NCBI GenBank assembly: GCA_965222605.1
Contig: OZ244960.1
Span: forward strand, 1,088,001 to 1,152,000
Origin: Candidatus Latescibacterota bacterium
GTDB lineage: Bacteria > Latescibacterota > UBA2968
Direction: 5' to 3'
Length of the DNA stretch: 64,000 bases
Part shown: positions 1 to 10,446 of the stretch, in pieces
Layout: each line of letters starts with the position of its first letter
Position numbering within the stretch: position 1 is the first letter of the stretch
Position numbers and translations under genes: made by a program
Notes under the pieces: generated by a model
Told to the model about the DNA's origin: nothing
Databases searched by the model: none
Seen by the model: the letters and a program-made list of their open reading frames with translations, nothing else

Positions 1-1451
1 ACTTCCCGGCGCTTCTCTTGCAAACGCAACATGCGCCCCAATCCGCGCAACGCGCGAATCGGCGCGATCCCTTTTTCCTGGGCGCGAAAAGAATAATCCA
101 CGCGATACTTCGTCCGTCCAAATTCATCGCGTTTCAAATTGTACACCTCAAAATAGACAAACGCATTTTGATCCGGGCGAAATGCCTTTGAGGCCATTGG
201 AATAATTTTTAATCCGCGTTTTTGAAACGGACCTTGCTCGTCACTCTGCCCAACATAAAATGCGAGGGCTATATCGCTCACCAAAAGATCATCGCGCTGA
301 GAAAAATCTGATACGGCCAATGATTGTTGATACACCTGTGATTTCCCCGACACCACATCGCGGATTTGAAAAGAGAGATAGTGCAGCCCCGATTCAACCT
401 CAAACGCGAGCACGCCCGGGATAAACGCCCCATCCAACACTTGCTGGTCTGATGGCGCCTGAAATGTCAATTGATCCTGCACGCGATAGACCTCTGCCCA
501 CAGGCTATCAAACATCGCAAGACCGCGGTCCAACATCACCTGATCGGTTTTGTCATCAACGGGCAATCGCGCCATTTCCGTAGCGGGCAACCCATAGTAG
601 ATTTCCAGCCGCGTCGTGCCATTTTCACCGCGAAATCCAGCGGGAAAATAATAAAAATCAACGGGAAGATCGGCAATATCTGCATCGTAAACAGAGGGTT
701 GATGCGCTGTCACTTGCCGCAGAACAATCTCGCTTTGATACGCCATCAAATCCGTTGTCAGTGACAGACTCAAGCCCTCGGGCATCGGTGCAAAGTCATA
801 CCTGTTCCCCTTGCCGCGGCGCACAAAATCAAACTCTGTCCCGCCTTCCAAATCCGCATACACCCAGTATTCCCACCACGATATCGATGGTACGGGAAAA
901 ATGGGTTGCCCGGGCCTGATCCTCAGAGCAATGCGTTTGCGATTCACATAATTTTGCCGCGCATCCTGTATCTCCCGATCCATTTCATTTTGAATATCGC
1001 CCGACTTACTCGTGTGATCGGGTTTGCCAAACCGCACATAAACCTCGCCTCGATCATCCCATGGGAACTGTCCTTGACCGTAATATTGGCGCGCATACGC
1101 CACGCGCCGATAATGCTCAATGAGTCGCTCATTTGCCTTTGTCAACGGCGAGGGATCCAGGCGTCGCCAAAAGCGGTTGATCAACTCAGCGCGTTTTTCC
1201 GTATCCGCATCCCGGTAAATTTCCAGATCATCGGGCAATGCCACCTGCGCCAAATCGCGATAGAGCACCTGCTCTTCTTCTGACAATTCTTCGATATATT
1301 CTTCAAACAGTGCCTGTGCCTTCGCATAGTCCCGAATGGACTGCGCCTGAACCGCCTGTACCAACAGCGGACTGTCAAAATCGCCATTTTGTGCCCACAG
1401 CGTTGTGCTCAACGCACACACTATCAGAAAACCCGTCAATATCGCATGCAT
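1..1451 (-). CDS. GWxTD domain-containing secreted protein (3' end runs off the window)
   Basis: Absent from the ORF track, presumably because no stop is reached in the window. Hand translation from ATG 1451 (RBS AAGGTGG) gives signal peptide MHAILTGFLIVCALSTTLWA, then FWRRLDPSPLTKANERLIEHYRRVAYARQYY...PWDDRGEVYVRFGKPD, the GWxTD-domain signature. The whole frame was not checked to position 1. Confidence 0.85.
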   Translation of the reverse strand, partial: MHAILTGFLIVCALSTTLWAQNGDFDSPLLVQAVQAQSIRDYAKAQALFEEYIEELSEEEQVLYRDLAQVALPDDLEIYRDADTEKRAELINRFWRRLDPSPLTKANERLIEHYRRVAYARQYYGQGQFPWDDRGEVYVRFGKPDHTSKSGDIQNEMDREIQDARQNYVNRKRIALRIRPGQPIFPVPSISWWEYWVYADLEGGTEFDFVRRGKGNRYDFAPMPEGLSLSLTTDLMAYQSEIVLRQVTAHQPSVYDADIADLPVDFYYFPAGFRGENGTTRLEIYYGLPATEMARLPVDDKTDQVMLDRGLAMFDSLWAEVYRVQDQLTFQAPSDQQVLDGAFIPGVLAFEVESGLHYLSFQIRDVVSGKSQVYQQSLAVSDFSQRDDLLVSDIALAFYVGQSDEQGPFQKRGLKIIPMASKAFRPDQNAFVYFEVYNLKRDEFGRTKYRVDYSFRAQEKGIAPIRALRGLGRMLRLQEKRRE

Positions 1452-1540
1452 AACAACCACCTTGTGAAATGTGGACATGCCGTATAAAACCAAATCTACC
1501 CTATAATCCCTCGACTCGCAAAGAAAAATTCCGTCATTTA

Positions 1541-1569
1541 TTGACAAGCGACACACCTGCATGTATCTT
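1541..1569 (+). promoter_or_regulatory. sigma70-type promoter of fbaB
   Basis: TTGACA-17 nt-TATCTT upstream of RBS AGGAG and ATG 1653. Confidence 0.55.
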
Positions 1570-1652
1570 TTCCACCTATTTTTAAAAAAATCAATGCGCT
1601 TTCGCAAAACTTTTACAATCCGCCCAATTTAATTTCTCAGAAGGAGTTTTCC

Positions 1653-2738
1653 ATGGCAGTTGATATGGCAGTTGCTGTTCAAAATGGCATAGGCAAAATC
1701 GCAGACTACCTCGGCGATGACGCCGATGATTTACTCACACATGAAGCACTGGTAAACAAAAACCTGCTCACACTGCCCGGTCCCGACTTTATCGACCAGG
1801 TCTTTGCAGATTCCGACCGCACCATTCCCGTACTCAACAACCTGCAACGCCTCTACAGTGCGGGGCGGCTTTCCGGCACCGGGTACATCTCCATTCTCCC
1901 CATTGATCAGGGCATCGAACACTCCGGCGGCGCGTCCTTTGCCCCCAACCCCATCTACTTTGATCCCGAAAACATCGTCAAACTCGCCATTGAAGGGGGC
2001 TGTAATGCCGTGGCAACCACGCTGGGCGTACTCGGAATGGTTGCCCGCAAACATGCCCACAAAATCCCTTTTATCCTCAAATTTAACCACAATCAATTGC
2101 TCACGTACCCTTCGCAATACGATCAAGTCGTATTTGGACAAGTCGAACAAGCCTGGGAAATGGGATGTGCAGGCGTGGGTGCCACGATTTATTTTGGCTC
2201 GCCCGAATCCAATCGACAAATCGTCGAAATCAGCGAAGCATTTGCCCGCGCACACGAACTGGGACTATTTACCGTACTCTGGTGCTATTTGCGCAACTCG
2301 GCATTTGCGACCGATGACATCGACTACCACGAAGCCGCGGATCTTACGGGACAGGCCAACCACCTCGGCGTCACCATTGGTGCAGACATCATCAAACAAA
2401 AATTGCCGACCAGCAACGGCGGTTACACAGCCCTGAATTTTGGACGCACCCACGACAAAGTCTATACCGAACTCTCGTCTGATCACCCCATTGACCTGTG
2501 CCGCTATCAGGTCGTCAATTGTTATATGGGCAAAGCCGGACTGATCAATTCCGGAGGCGCATCCTCAGGTGCCAGTGATTATGCCGAAGCCGTGCGAACA
2601 GCAGTGATCAACAAACGCGCCGGAGGCACCGGCCTCATCTCTGGACGCAAGGCATTTCAACGCCCCATGCACGAAGGCATCCAATTGCTCAACAACATTC
2701 AAGATGTCTATCTCTGCTCCGATGTGACCATCGCCTGA
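1653..2738 (+). CDS. fbaB: class I fructose-bisphosphate aldolase (DhnA/FbaB type)
   Basis: Motifs [49 protein letters not shown] and [12 protein letters not shown]. Confidence 0.95.
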   Translation: MAVDMAVAVQNGIGKIADYLGDDADDLLTHEALVNKNLLTLPGPDFIDQVFADSDRTIPVLNNLQRLYSAGRLSGTGYISILPIDQGIEHSGGASFAPNPIYFDPENIVKLAIEGGCNAVATTLGVLGMVARKHAHKIPFILKFNHNQLLTYPSQYDQVVFGQVEQAWEMGCAGVGATIYFGSPESNRQIVEISEAFARAHELGLFTVLWCYLRNSAFATDDIDYHEAADLTGQANHLGVTIGADIIKQKLPTSNGGYTALNFGRTHDKVYTELSSDHPIDLCRYQVVNCYMGKAGLINSGGASSGASDYAEAVRTAVINKRAGGTGLISGRKAFQRPMHEGIQLLNNIQDVYLCSDVTIA

Positions 2739-2747
2739 TTCACACAC

Positions 2748-2796
2748 AAAAAGACGGAGCTTTCGGTTTATCGAAGGCTCCGTCTTTTGTTTTTTT
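2748..2796. terminator. bidirectional intrinsic terminator
   Basis: AAAAGACGGAGCTTTCG...CGAAGGCTCCGTCTTTTGTTTTTTT between convergent genes. Confidence 0.85.
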
Positions 2797-2828
2797 AAGG
2801 TGGATGGGAGAGGACCGACCGCTAATAT

Positions 2829-3263
2829 TTAAACCAAATTTTCACCGTCAAAAATCATTTTGTCCTTTTCGTAAATCGCGCCCGTTTCTTCATCTAACTC
2901 GTACTTCATCAACTGCCCCATAGACATGTGGTTGAACACCTCTTTGGAATCGCCGTATTTTTCCAGCAATTTTTCAATTGGGCCTTCAAATTCATAAATT
3001 CGGCGTTTGGGCCGTTCGCGTGCTCTGCGCTCGGTCTCTTCCTTGCTCAAAATTGGCAACCGCTCGGCAGCGGGACCTAATCGACTCGCGTATTCCTGCC
3101 GCCTGCGGTACTGATCGTGCCGCTTTTCAACCTCGTCTTTGGCCTCTTCTCGCTCCTTGGCGCTGAGCAGATCTCCCGCCCGTTCTGACCACTTTTCCTG
3201 TTCGCGCTCGCGCACATCATCGCGGCCCACTTTTCGCATAATATCTCGCAGAGAATCACTCAT
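2829..3263 (-). CDS. hypothetical charged helical protein
   Basis: 144-aa E/R/K-rich ORF with RBS GGAGG; no family recognised. Confidence 0.7.
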   Translation of the reverse strand: MSDSLRDIMRKVGRDDVREREQEKWSERAGDLLSAKEREEAKDEVEKRHDQYRRRQEYASRLGPAAERLPILSKEETERRARERPKRRIYEFEGPIEKLLEKYGDSKEVFNHMSMGQLMKYELDEETGAIYEKDKMIFDGENLV

Positions 3264-3431
3264 CTTTTAAACCCTCCAAAGCCAGATAAATTTAAGACTA
3301 CCAGATGACCGAAAAATAACGCACCACATCCTATTTGTCAAAGGTAATTCTCGCTTTTAAAAATATCGGGGTTGACGCTGATCGTCTTTACAACCATATT
3401 GAAGTCATACACACCATGCGAAAGGAAATAT

Positions 3432-4217
3432 ATGTCCAATTTGGAACGACTTATCAACATCATGGCGCGCTTGAGAGGGCCTTCGGGCTGCCCGTGGGAC
3501 AGAGAGCAAACACCCCAAAGTCTAAAACCCTACCTCATTGAAGAAGCGTATGAAGTCCTCGAGGCGATTGACCACAATGACGACGACGAAATCAAAGAAG
3601 AACTGGGCGATCTTTTGCTACAAGTCGTCTTTCACGCACAAATTGCCAGTGAAGAAAACCGATTTAACATAGACGATGTAGCCGAAGCCATTGCCGACAA
3701 ACTCATCCGCCGCCATCCGCATGTTTTTGGCGACACAAAAGCCGATACGCCCGACGAAGTGATAAAAAATTGGGAAGCCATAAAAGCCGAGGAAAAACCC
3801 GACAAAAGGGCCTCTCTGCTCGACGGAGTGCCGCAACATCTGCCGGCGTTATTGAGGGCTTACAGACTTCAGGAAAAAGCCGCGCGGGTGGGATTTGAGT
3901 GGGGACACATTGCGGATGTGGCTAAGAAAGTGCAGGAAGAAACAGAAGAGTTGATCCAGGCTCAAGAATCCGGCGCAATAGAAAAGATTCGGGAAGAATT
4001 TGGGGACTTGCTATTTGCCCTGGTCAATCTCGCTCGATTTCTCCAAATATGCCCCGAAGAAGCACTCATAAAGACCAACAGAAAAGTTCAATCGCGCTTC
4101 CGGTACATCGAAACCGAACTGTACAAGAAGGGCAAAACACCCCATGAATCTACGCTTGAGGAAATGGATGTGCTGTGGGAAGCCGCAAAAAAAGAGAATC
4201 AGCCCCAAAAATCGTAG
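3432..4217 (+). CDS. mazG: nucleoside triphosphate pyrophosphohydrolase MazG
   Basis: LRGPSGCPWDREQT, EEAYEV, EELGDLLLQVVFH and second domain EEFGDLLFALVN. Start re-called to ATG 3432 after RBS AAGGA. Confidence 0.95.
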   Translation: MSNLERLINIMARLRGPSGCPWDREQTPQSLKPYLIEEAYEVLEAIDHNDDDEIKEELGDLLLQVVFHAQIASEENRFNIDDVAEAIADKLIRRHPHVFGDTKADTPDEVIKNWEAIKAEEKPDKRASLLDGVPQHLPALLRAYRLQEKAARVGFEWGHIADVAKKVQEETEELIQAQESGAIEKIREEFGDLLFALVNLARFLQICPEEALIKTNRKVQSRFRYIETELYKKGKTPHESTLEEMDVLWEAAKKENQPQKS

Positions 4218-4711
4218 TGTGCAGACAATTCCAAAACGGGAATAGGGGCAGATTCCCAATCGTCAATCCAACAAATAATACTGTCACAGGCCATGTAATC
4301 GAGATTTTCGCGCTCGAAATCACTGCTGCGCAACACAGCGTGCGCTCGAATGGGCAATTCATTACTCGACAAAATATAATTGGGAAATTCCTCCTGGGAT
4401 TTGAGCACTTCAAATCCCAATTTTTCGTAAATCCGAATAAATAATTCGCGGACATTGGTCGCATTTCTCACAGCGGGATACGTCAAAATGGGTTCTCGAT
4501 TGACGGGGGCCAGTTGTTTCCCAATGACGTCAAGCGTGCTCTGGGGAACCGTAATCGATTTCGCATTTTTGCGCTCCAATTCAGCTTCGATCCGCTTCAG
4601 AGCCAATTCGGCGACCTCTTTGGTGTCGCTAATTGATTTGCGCACGCGCTTGCCATCTTCATCGTAGTACCCGATCCACCATTTCTTTCCCCGCTGATAA
4701 AGCCAGGCCAT
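4199..4711 (-). CDS. hypothetical: integrase arm-binding-like N-terminus plus degenerate restriction-endonuclease-like domain
   Basis: N-terminus LYQRGKKWWIGYYDEDGKRVRKS...KEVAELAL resembles phage integrase N-termini. C-terminus LGFEV..SQEEFPN...SSDF...CDSIICWIDDW...PVLEL resembles a small PD-(D/E)XK-like family. RBS GGGAG. Confidence 0.7.
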   Translation of the reverse strand: MAWLYQRGKKWWIGYYDEDGKRVRKSISDTKEVAELALKRIEAELERKNAKSITVPQSTLDVIGKQLAPVNREPILTYPAVRNATNVRELFIRIYEKLGFEVLKSQEEFPNYILSSNELPIRAHAVLRSSDFERENLDYMACDSIICWIDDWESAPIPVLELSAHYDFWG

Positions 4712-4923
4712 AGTTTGTGCTCCCGCCGCAAAACGTCAGTGTGTCTTATAATAGCCACAAAAAACGAGAAAAACAATTTGCCACCGATATTATACAATAT
4801 ATTGTATATCCCCGCAAAAACCAATCGCAATATATAGATACATCTGCCTGAAAAAGAAAAAAATGTGGCTATTAGCCACAAATTATCCATCAAATAATAA
4901 TCTAAGCCACACTTTCATGCAAT

Positions 4924-4957
4924 AAAAAAGGCGGGCGTTTCGAGCCTGCCTTTTTTT
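4924..4957. terminator. intrinsic terminator-like hairpin
   Basis: AAAAAAGGCGGGC-GTTTCGA-GCCTGCCTTTTTTT. Confidence 0.7.
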
Positions 4958-5019
4958 ATTTTGGCTCTTGTCCTAATATTTGTTTATATTTCTGCGAGGC
5001 CTTTCTGACGGGGTAAAAT

Positions 5020-5271
5020 ATGAAAACATTGAATATCCCATATTCTGAAGACCTGCTCTTGATCACTGGGCAAGAACCCGAAGTATTTGAACGGGAAGCT
5101 CGCTTTCTATTGGCTTTGAAATTCTTTGAACTCCACCGGATTTCTGCTGGAAAAGCAGCGGAGCTATCTGGTTTAAGCAAGCCCGAGTTTCTCGCAAAGG
5201 TCAGTGCATTGAACATCCCTGTTGTCGATCTGGATGATGATCAACTCGACACAGAATTCGGTTATAAATGA
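5020..5271 (+). CDS. UPF0175 family antitoxin
   Basis: LALKFFELHRISAGKAAELSGLSKPEF motif; lies directly upstream of a PIN gene. Confidence 0.85.
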   Translation: MKTLNIPYSEDLLLITGQEPEVFEREARFLLALKFFELHRISAGKAAELSGLSKPEFLAKVSALNIPVVDLDDDQLDTEFGYK

Positions 5272-5272
5272 C

Positions 5273-5755
5273 GTGTTTCTGATCGCAGATTCCAGCCCAC
5301 TCATTGCGTTAGCAGGCGTGAACCGACTCAATCTATTGCCCAGATTGTATTCTCGCGTTATTGCACCATCCGCTGTAATAGATGAAATTCTGGCCGGAGG
5401 CGAAAATGCCTCTGGCCGTTACTTTTTAGATCGTGCTGCATGGCTTGAACATTGGACATTAGAACGAACAACAGAATTGATTTCCATTGCGCTGGGGCGT
5501 GGAGAAACTGAAGCGATTCAATTAGCAAAGCAATTGCCCAATTCACGTTTGTTACTTGATGATCACCGGGCGAGAAGAGTAGCTGAAGACTTGAATTTGG
5601 AAATTATTGGTTCGGCAGGTATTCTTGTTCAGGGAAAAAGAAAACTGTTGATTCGAGAAGTGGTACCTATTCTAAAAAATATGAGAAAGAATGGTTACTA
5701 TATTGGAGATCGCGTCATCCAAAGGGCTGCACAGGCAGTGGGCGAAACGGTTTAA
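5273..5755 (+). CDS. DUF3368 PIN-domain toxin (VapC-like)
   Basis: IADSSPLIAL, LGRGETEAIQLA, LLLDDHRARRVA, IIGSAGIL. Probable GTG start at 5273. Confidence 0.85.
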   Translation: MFLIADSSPLIALAGVNRLNLLPRLYSRVIAPSAVIDEILAGGENASGRYFLDRAAWLEHWTLERTTELISIALGRGETEAIQLAKQLPNSRLLLDDHRARRVAEDLNLEIIGSAGILVQGKRKLLIREVVPILKNMRKNGYYIGDRVIQRAAQAVGETV

Positions 5756-5761
5756 GATGGG

Positions 5762-5911
5762 ATGTTGCGTCAGTGTATTCACACGGCTCGGGCGCACCCC
5801 CTATCTGCTCGCATTGCCACCATTGACGATTTACAACGCCTCAAGCAGTTGCACCGCGCGGCGATTCAGGTGGTCAGTCTTGAAGCATTTCAGCATCTGT
5901 TAGATGAGTAA
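5762..5911 (+). pseudogene. C-terminal fragment of an Rpn (recombination-promoting nuclease)-like protein
   Basis: Hand translation HPLSARIATIDDLQRLKQLHRAAIQVVSLEAFQHLLDE* resembles Rpn C-terminal tails; no nuclease domain upstream. Confidence 0.5.
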
Positions 5912-6259
5912 CACGATTTCCAAAAGACTCGGTGCGTCTGTTGAGCAATGGATAATGTGAGCGGTATTGGAAGTGTTCCTGACAAAACACGGAAACTGTC
6001 TCTATGGAGATAGACAATTGCGGGATTATGTCTATATCTTTTTGCGCCTGAAAACCCGACAAAACCCCCGGGATCCTTACCGCTGCCAAACCTCTATTTC
6101 AAGTCGATGAGGATCAAACTCACCGCCAGCGCAATGCCGTTCACAGCAGCGTGAATCGCCGCGGTCGTCCAAGCAGAGAGACCGAAAACGCGCTGAAAGT
6201 GCTCCCGAATCACATTAGAACCAAAGACATCAAGGACTCTATCCACTTGACCGCACATT

Positions 6260-8656
6260 TCATTCATATCGCAGAGCATCTATAGGATTAGCTACTGCTA
6301 TCTTTAGTGCCTGATAACCTACTATCATTAAAGCAATGAAGGCAATTAAAAGGCTTCCTGCTATGAAAATTCCAAGGCCAATATCCACACGATAAGTAAA
6401 ACTCTGAAGCCACCATTGTATAGTATAATAGGATACTGGCCATGCTATACTACTCGCAAGAATGACGAGTTTCAAATGTTCTTTTGATAGCAGCATAACC
6501 AGATTTCCTATAGATGCACCCAAAACTTTCCGAATACCAATTTCTTTTGTTCTTCTTTGTGCAGTGTATAGGGCAAGTCCCCAAAGCCCTAAGCAAGCAA
6601 TGCAGATGGCCAACAAAGTAAATCCTCCAATAAGAATACCAATTTTTCTATCTTGCTCATATTGGCTTTTCATTAATTCATCTAAGAAAAAATATTCAAA
6701 AGGTTTGTTGGGATAAAATTGTCGCCATGTCTGTTTGAGGTAATCTAAGGTTTCCAAAGTCCGTCTTTGTGTGGTTTTAACGAGAACGTACCGAAATTCT
6801 GAAGGAGAAATATGAAAGATAGTCGGTTCAATTTTTTGATAAAGCGTCTGCATATGAAAATCCTGAACTATCCCAATTATCCTTCCTGTTTTTTTGGACT
6901 TCCTTTGACTCTTTTTTTCTAAAACGAGTTGCTTGCCTAAAGCTTCGTCAGGTGACGACCATCCAAGATATCCTACCGCACTTTCATTTATTATGAGACT
7001 TGCATGTACATCACTCAGAACTTGATTCTTTGAAAAAACTCTACCAGCTACAAGATCTATACTCAATGTTTCTATAAAATTTTGATCGATACTATATACG
7101 GGCAAGGTAGCTGATTCGCTGATAGTCTTCCCTTCCCGTAGCACCACTCGTTTGGGTAATGCAAAGCCAGGAGGCAATCGAAAAGGCACATCTGATGATA
7201 CTGCTACATCGAGGATGCCCGGATAATGCAAAAGTTGGCCTTTGACCACATCGTATTGGTTCTCAAGAATATAACCGTAAAAAGGCATGGCAATAATCTG
7301 ATCTTTATTAAATTTCAGATCCTTAGTTTGTACATAATTCATCTGGTCGTATATTTTACTTGTACATATTACCAAAAATATGGTAACAGAAAATTGAAAT
7401 ACCACTAATGCTTTTCTGAATAGAACAGAATTAGACCCGATAAGTGATTTACCCTTTAGAATAATACTGGCTTCATAACTTGAGAGAAAAAGGGCGGGAT
7501 AAGAACCCGAGACCAAACCTATTATTAGAGGAATAAACACCAATTCCCATAAAGGCCAAAGAAAATTGAACTTCAAATTTGAGCCAAAATTAAATTGAAA
7601 ATAAAGTAATTCGATAAACATTATTGCCAATATTGACGCTAAAAATGACATCAGAACAGACTCGACCAGAAACTGTACTGCGAGCTGCCACCTGGAAGCA
7701 CCAACTGTTTTTCTTATTCCAATCTCTTTTGACCACTCTGCGGATCGCGCAGTAGATAAATTTGCGAAGTTTATACACGCAATGAGTAAAATAAAGACTG
7801 CTATTATCAAAAAAATACGAACATATCTAATGTTATTGTACGATTCAATATCAAGATCAAGATCTGAATACAGATATATTTCAGTTAACGGTTGAAGGTG
7901 GAACTCTGGAATCCATCCATTTGATTCCAAGTAAATCTCCTTTTTCTTGACAAAATCGGTTAATTTATCCTCCAAATTTTTTGGATTATAGCCCTCAGGC
8001 AACAAGAGATATGTATATAACAGAAGTTTTTGGTTCCAGTCCCTCATTACCTTTTGGCCCTGAATGGAAGCTAAAATATTGAATCTGATATGGGAATTAT
8101 GAGGCATTTCCTTTAGTACGCCGGTCACCTTATAGTCATAACGATTGTTGAATGTGAGTATCTTTCCCAAAGGGTTTTCTTGTCCAAAATATTTCTCTGC
8201 TATTTTGGTGGTTATAACAAGCGAAAAGGGTTCCGAGAGTGCAGTCTTGGGATCTCCATTAATTAAATGAAAATCGAAGACATCAAAAACATCTGTATCT
8301 ACATAAAAAAAAAATTCATTAAATCGTTTATTAGCATAATTGAGAGCTGTTCGGCCCTTCGCGAATCTTATGGCATGAATAATCTCTGGGAACTCCTCAC
8401 GGAGATTTATTGCCAAGGGTGGCGGAGATATAGGCACACGCTTAATCTGTCCTTCACTGCCCCTCTGTTCTTGGATTATTCTGTAAATTCTACTCCCATT
8501 CTTGTGAAAGTGATCATAACTAAGTTGGTCTTTTACAAATGCAACAATCAATAGACAACACGCAATACCAATCGATAAACCAAAGATATTGATAAAAAAA
8601 TATATCTTATGTCGTAGTAGGCGTCTGAATGCGGTGATGAAATAATTTTTTATCAT
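6260..8656 (-). CDS. MacB/FtsX-family ABC transporter permease
   Basis: 798 aa; INIFGLSIGIACC, LIACINFANLSTARS, KEIGIRK twice, NPIDALRYE. Markedly AT-rich. Confidence 0.93.
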   Translation of the reverse strand: MIKNYFITAFRRLLRHKIYFFINIFGLSIGIACCLLIVAFVKDQLSYDHFHKNGSRIYRIIQEQRGSEGQIKRVPISPPPLAINLREEFPEIIHAIRFAKGRTALNYANKRFNEFFFYVDTDVFDVFDFHLINGDPKTALSEPFSLVITTKIAEKYFGQENPLGKILTFNNRYDYKVTGVLKEMPHNSHIRFNILASIQGQKVMRDWNQKLLLYTYLLLPEGYNPKNLEDKLTDFVKKKEIYLESNGWIPEFHLQPLTEIYLYSDLDLDIESYNNIRYVRIFLIIAVFILLIACINFANLSTARSAEWSKEIGIRKTVGASRWQLAVQFLVESVLMSFLASILAIMFIELLYFQFNFGSNLKFNFLWPLWELVFIPLIIGLVSGSYPALFLSSYEASIILKGKSLIGSNSVLFRKALVVFQFSVTIFLVICTSKIYDQMNYVQTKDLKFNKDQIIAMPFYGYILENQYDVVKGQLLHYPGILDVAVSSDVPFRLPPGFALPKRVVLREGKTISESATLPVYSIDQNFIETLSIDLVAGRVFSKNQVLSDVHASLIINESAVGYLGWSSPDEALGKQLVLEKKSQRKSKKTGRIIGIVQDFHMQTLYQKIEPTIFHISPSEFRYVLVKTTQRRTLETLDYLKQTWRQFYPNKPFEYFFLDELMKSQYEQDRKIGILIGGFTLLAICIACLGLWGLALYTAQRRTKEIGIRKVLGASIGNLVMLLSKEHLKLVILASSIAWPVSYYTIQWWLQSFTYRVDIGLGIFIAGSLLIAFIALMIVGYQALKIAVANPIDALRYE

Positions 8657-8712
8657 TGGTCAAGTCCTAATTGTCTATCCGCGACAAGGCTATTTGGAGT
8701 TACCCCGCTTTA

Positions 8713-10446
8713 GATGCTGTTGCCGAATTCTATGCGGCCAAAGCAGCAAAGGATGATGTTCGTGTGGTAGCCCGTGGCGTTTCATTGAGCCACTCATAAA
8801 CACGTTTCAAATTTATGGCCGCCGCTGTGGCTAAATGCTGAAAGTGAACCTTAACGGGATCACGATATCGCGTTTTTCGCATCCCTAAAGCGACGACTGC
8901 CTGGGACAGCGTGCCTTCTATACCGGCCCGAGCATGATATTTTTTCTTAAACTCGGGTAATTCTTGGCGTTGTCGTGCATCTTGTATGGCTTCGTGTTCT
9001 GCCTGCGGTTGTAAACTCACGCTTCGCCCCGTTGCACTTTGGGTGCATTTGATGCGAACCGGACAGGCATTACAGATTTTTGGCGGGAAAAATGCGCGAA
9101 TCATGGGATGACCATGTTGCGTCTTGCCTGTTCGCCAATAGCGATTCGTTTGTCCTTGGGGGCACGTTATTTTTTTCTTTGTCCAATCAATATGAAAATG
9201 GGTGATGTCAAAGCCTTGATCAGCCTGTGCTTGCCAACTGGTATCTGGTAGAACTGGACCGAGTAATTGGACGCCAAAAGTCTTTTGGCTCTCAACAAGG
9301 AGCGGACCACTCATATAGGCCGTATCTACAATATGCACAGTGGGTAAAAGTCCTTCTTCTTGCAAATCCTGGTGGATTGTTTGGGTTGCCAAGACATCCT
9401 GTTGAGGTGCTCGCCGTGTTTCTACGTGGACCACCAAGTTGGGTTGATCTTTCTCACATGTTTCAGTCATATGCACCTTGTAACCTAACCATCTTGTATC
9501 TCGCTTTCGTCCTTGCCGTGCCTGGCGATCATAGGGAGATGCGATAGGTAGGTGGTGGTGTCTGGTCGTTAGCGCGCCAATGCAGGTGACCCTCGACTTC
9601 GTAAAATTGTTGCACCCAGATCTGGCGTAGCGTTTCTACTGCTGGTAGAACATGGAGGCCATACCATTGTGGTTCGTCATAAATCCATTGTAAAAGTGTG
9701 CGTCCATCACGCCCAATCGCCTCAGCAAATAGGGTTCGTTCTCTTTCATCGGTGGGTAATCGCTGCTCATTGAGGGGTTGCCCATAGCGTTCTACCCATA
9801 CATCTTTGACTCGGCCTTGGAGAAATGGGGGTGCAGCTTTGGCTAGTGTTTCTAAGACCTGACGCACGGCTTCGCCGACTAATTCTAATCGATTTAACGA
9901 GCGAATCGCTGCCAAGATGTGCGTCGAATCGGTTCGCTGGCGACCCCGAGTATGGACAAAGCCCCGCTGGACGAAAAGCGTGAGCATGGTATCAACCAGG
10001 CGGTGGGTTGCTTGGTGTTGAATCAAACGCTTACGAAATTTGCATAACACAGAAAAATTAAAACCCGAATCCTCAAAATTTAAGCCTAACTTCCAATCTA
10101 TGCGACTTCGCACCGCGTCAGCCGTTTGCCGATCCGTCAAATTTTCAGCAAACTGCATAATCGTCACCAGGGCCAATCGCCAAGGACTCTCTGCGGATTG
10201 ACCACGACGTGGAAAGAGGTCTGCGAATTGAGCATTGTCATAAATGGAGCCTAACTCATCGCGCATCTTCATATAGATATTGTCTCTGGGAAAGGCGGCT
10301 TGGGCAATGCGAACGGTCTCTTCGGGTACGGGTTCAATTGGATCTTTGGGTAGGGACATGGATCACCTCGGTCAATGAAAGGGAAGAGGCACAAGGAACC
10401 AGAAACCCTACATGATATGGTCATTATTTAATTCGGCAACAGCATC
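8713..10446 (-). mobile_element. IS1182-family insertion sequence
   Basis: Perfect 17-bp terminal inverted repeats GATGCTGTTGCCGAATT (8713-8729) and AATTCGGCAACAGCATC (10430-10446) enclosing a transposase. Confidence 0.88.
8730..10359 (-). pseudogene. IS1182 transposase, frameshifted near 9535
   Basis: ORF 9529-10359 (PWRLALVTIMQFAENLTDRQ, QRTDSTH) and ORF 8730-9476 (HMTETC, VDTAY, RAGIEGTLSQ). The conserved PYD...GYKVH continues in a different frame. Confidence 0.85.

Noticed and set aside
471-1453. Several short ORFs suggesting a fragmented locus
   Set aside because: Explained by the GWxTD gene on the minus strand that runs off the window.
5912-6259. Short ORFs between the Rpn stub and the ABC permease
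   Set aside because: No recognisable motif or RBS in the frames examined.
9500-9560. Possible programmed frameshift in the IS transposase
   Set aside because: No slippery heptamer is seen and IS1182 transposases are single ORFs; a small deletion is simpler.
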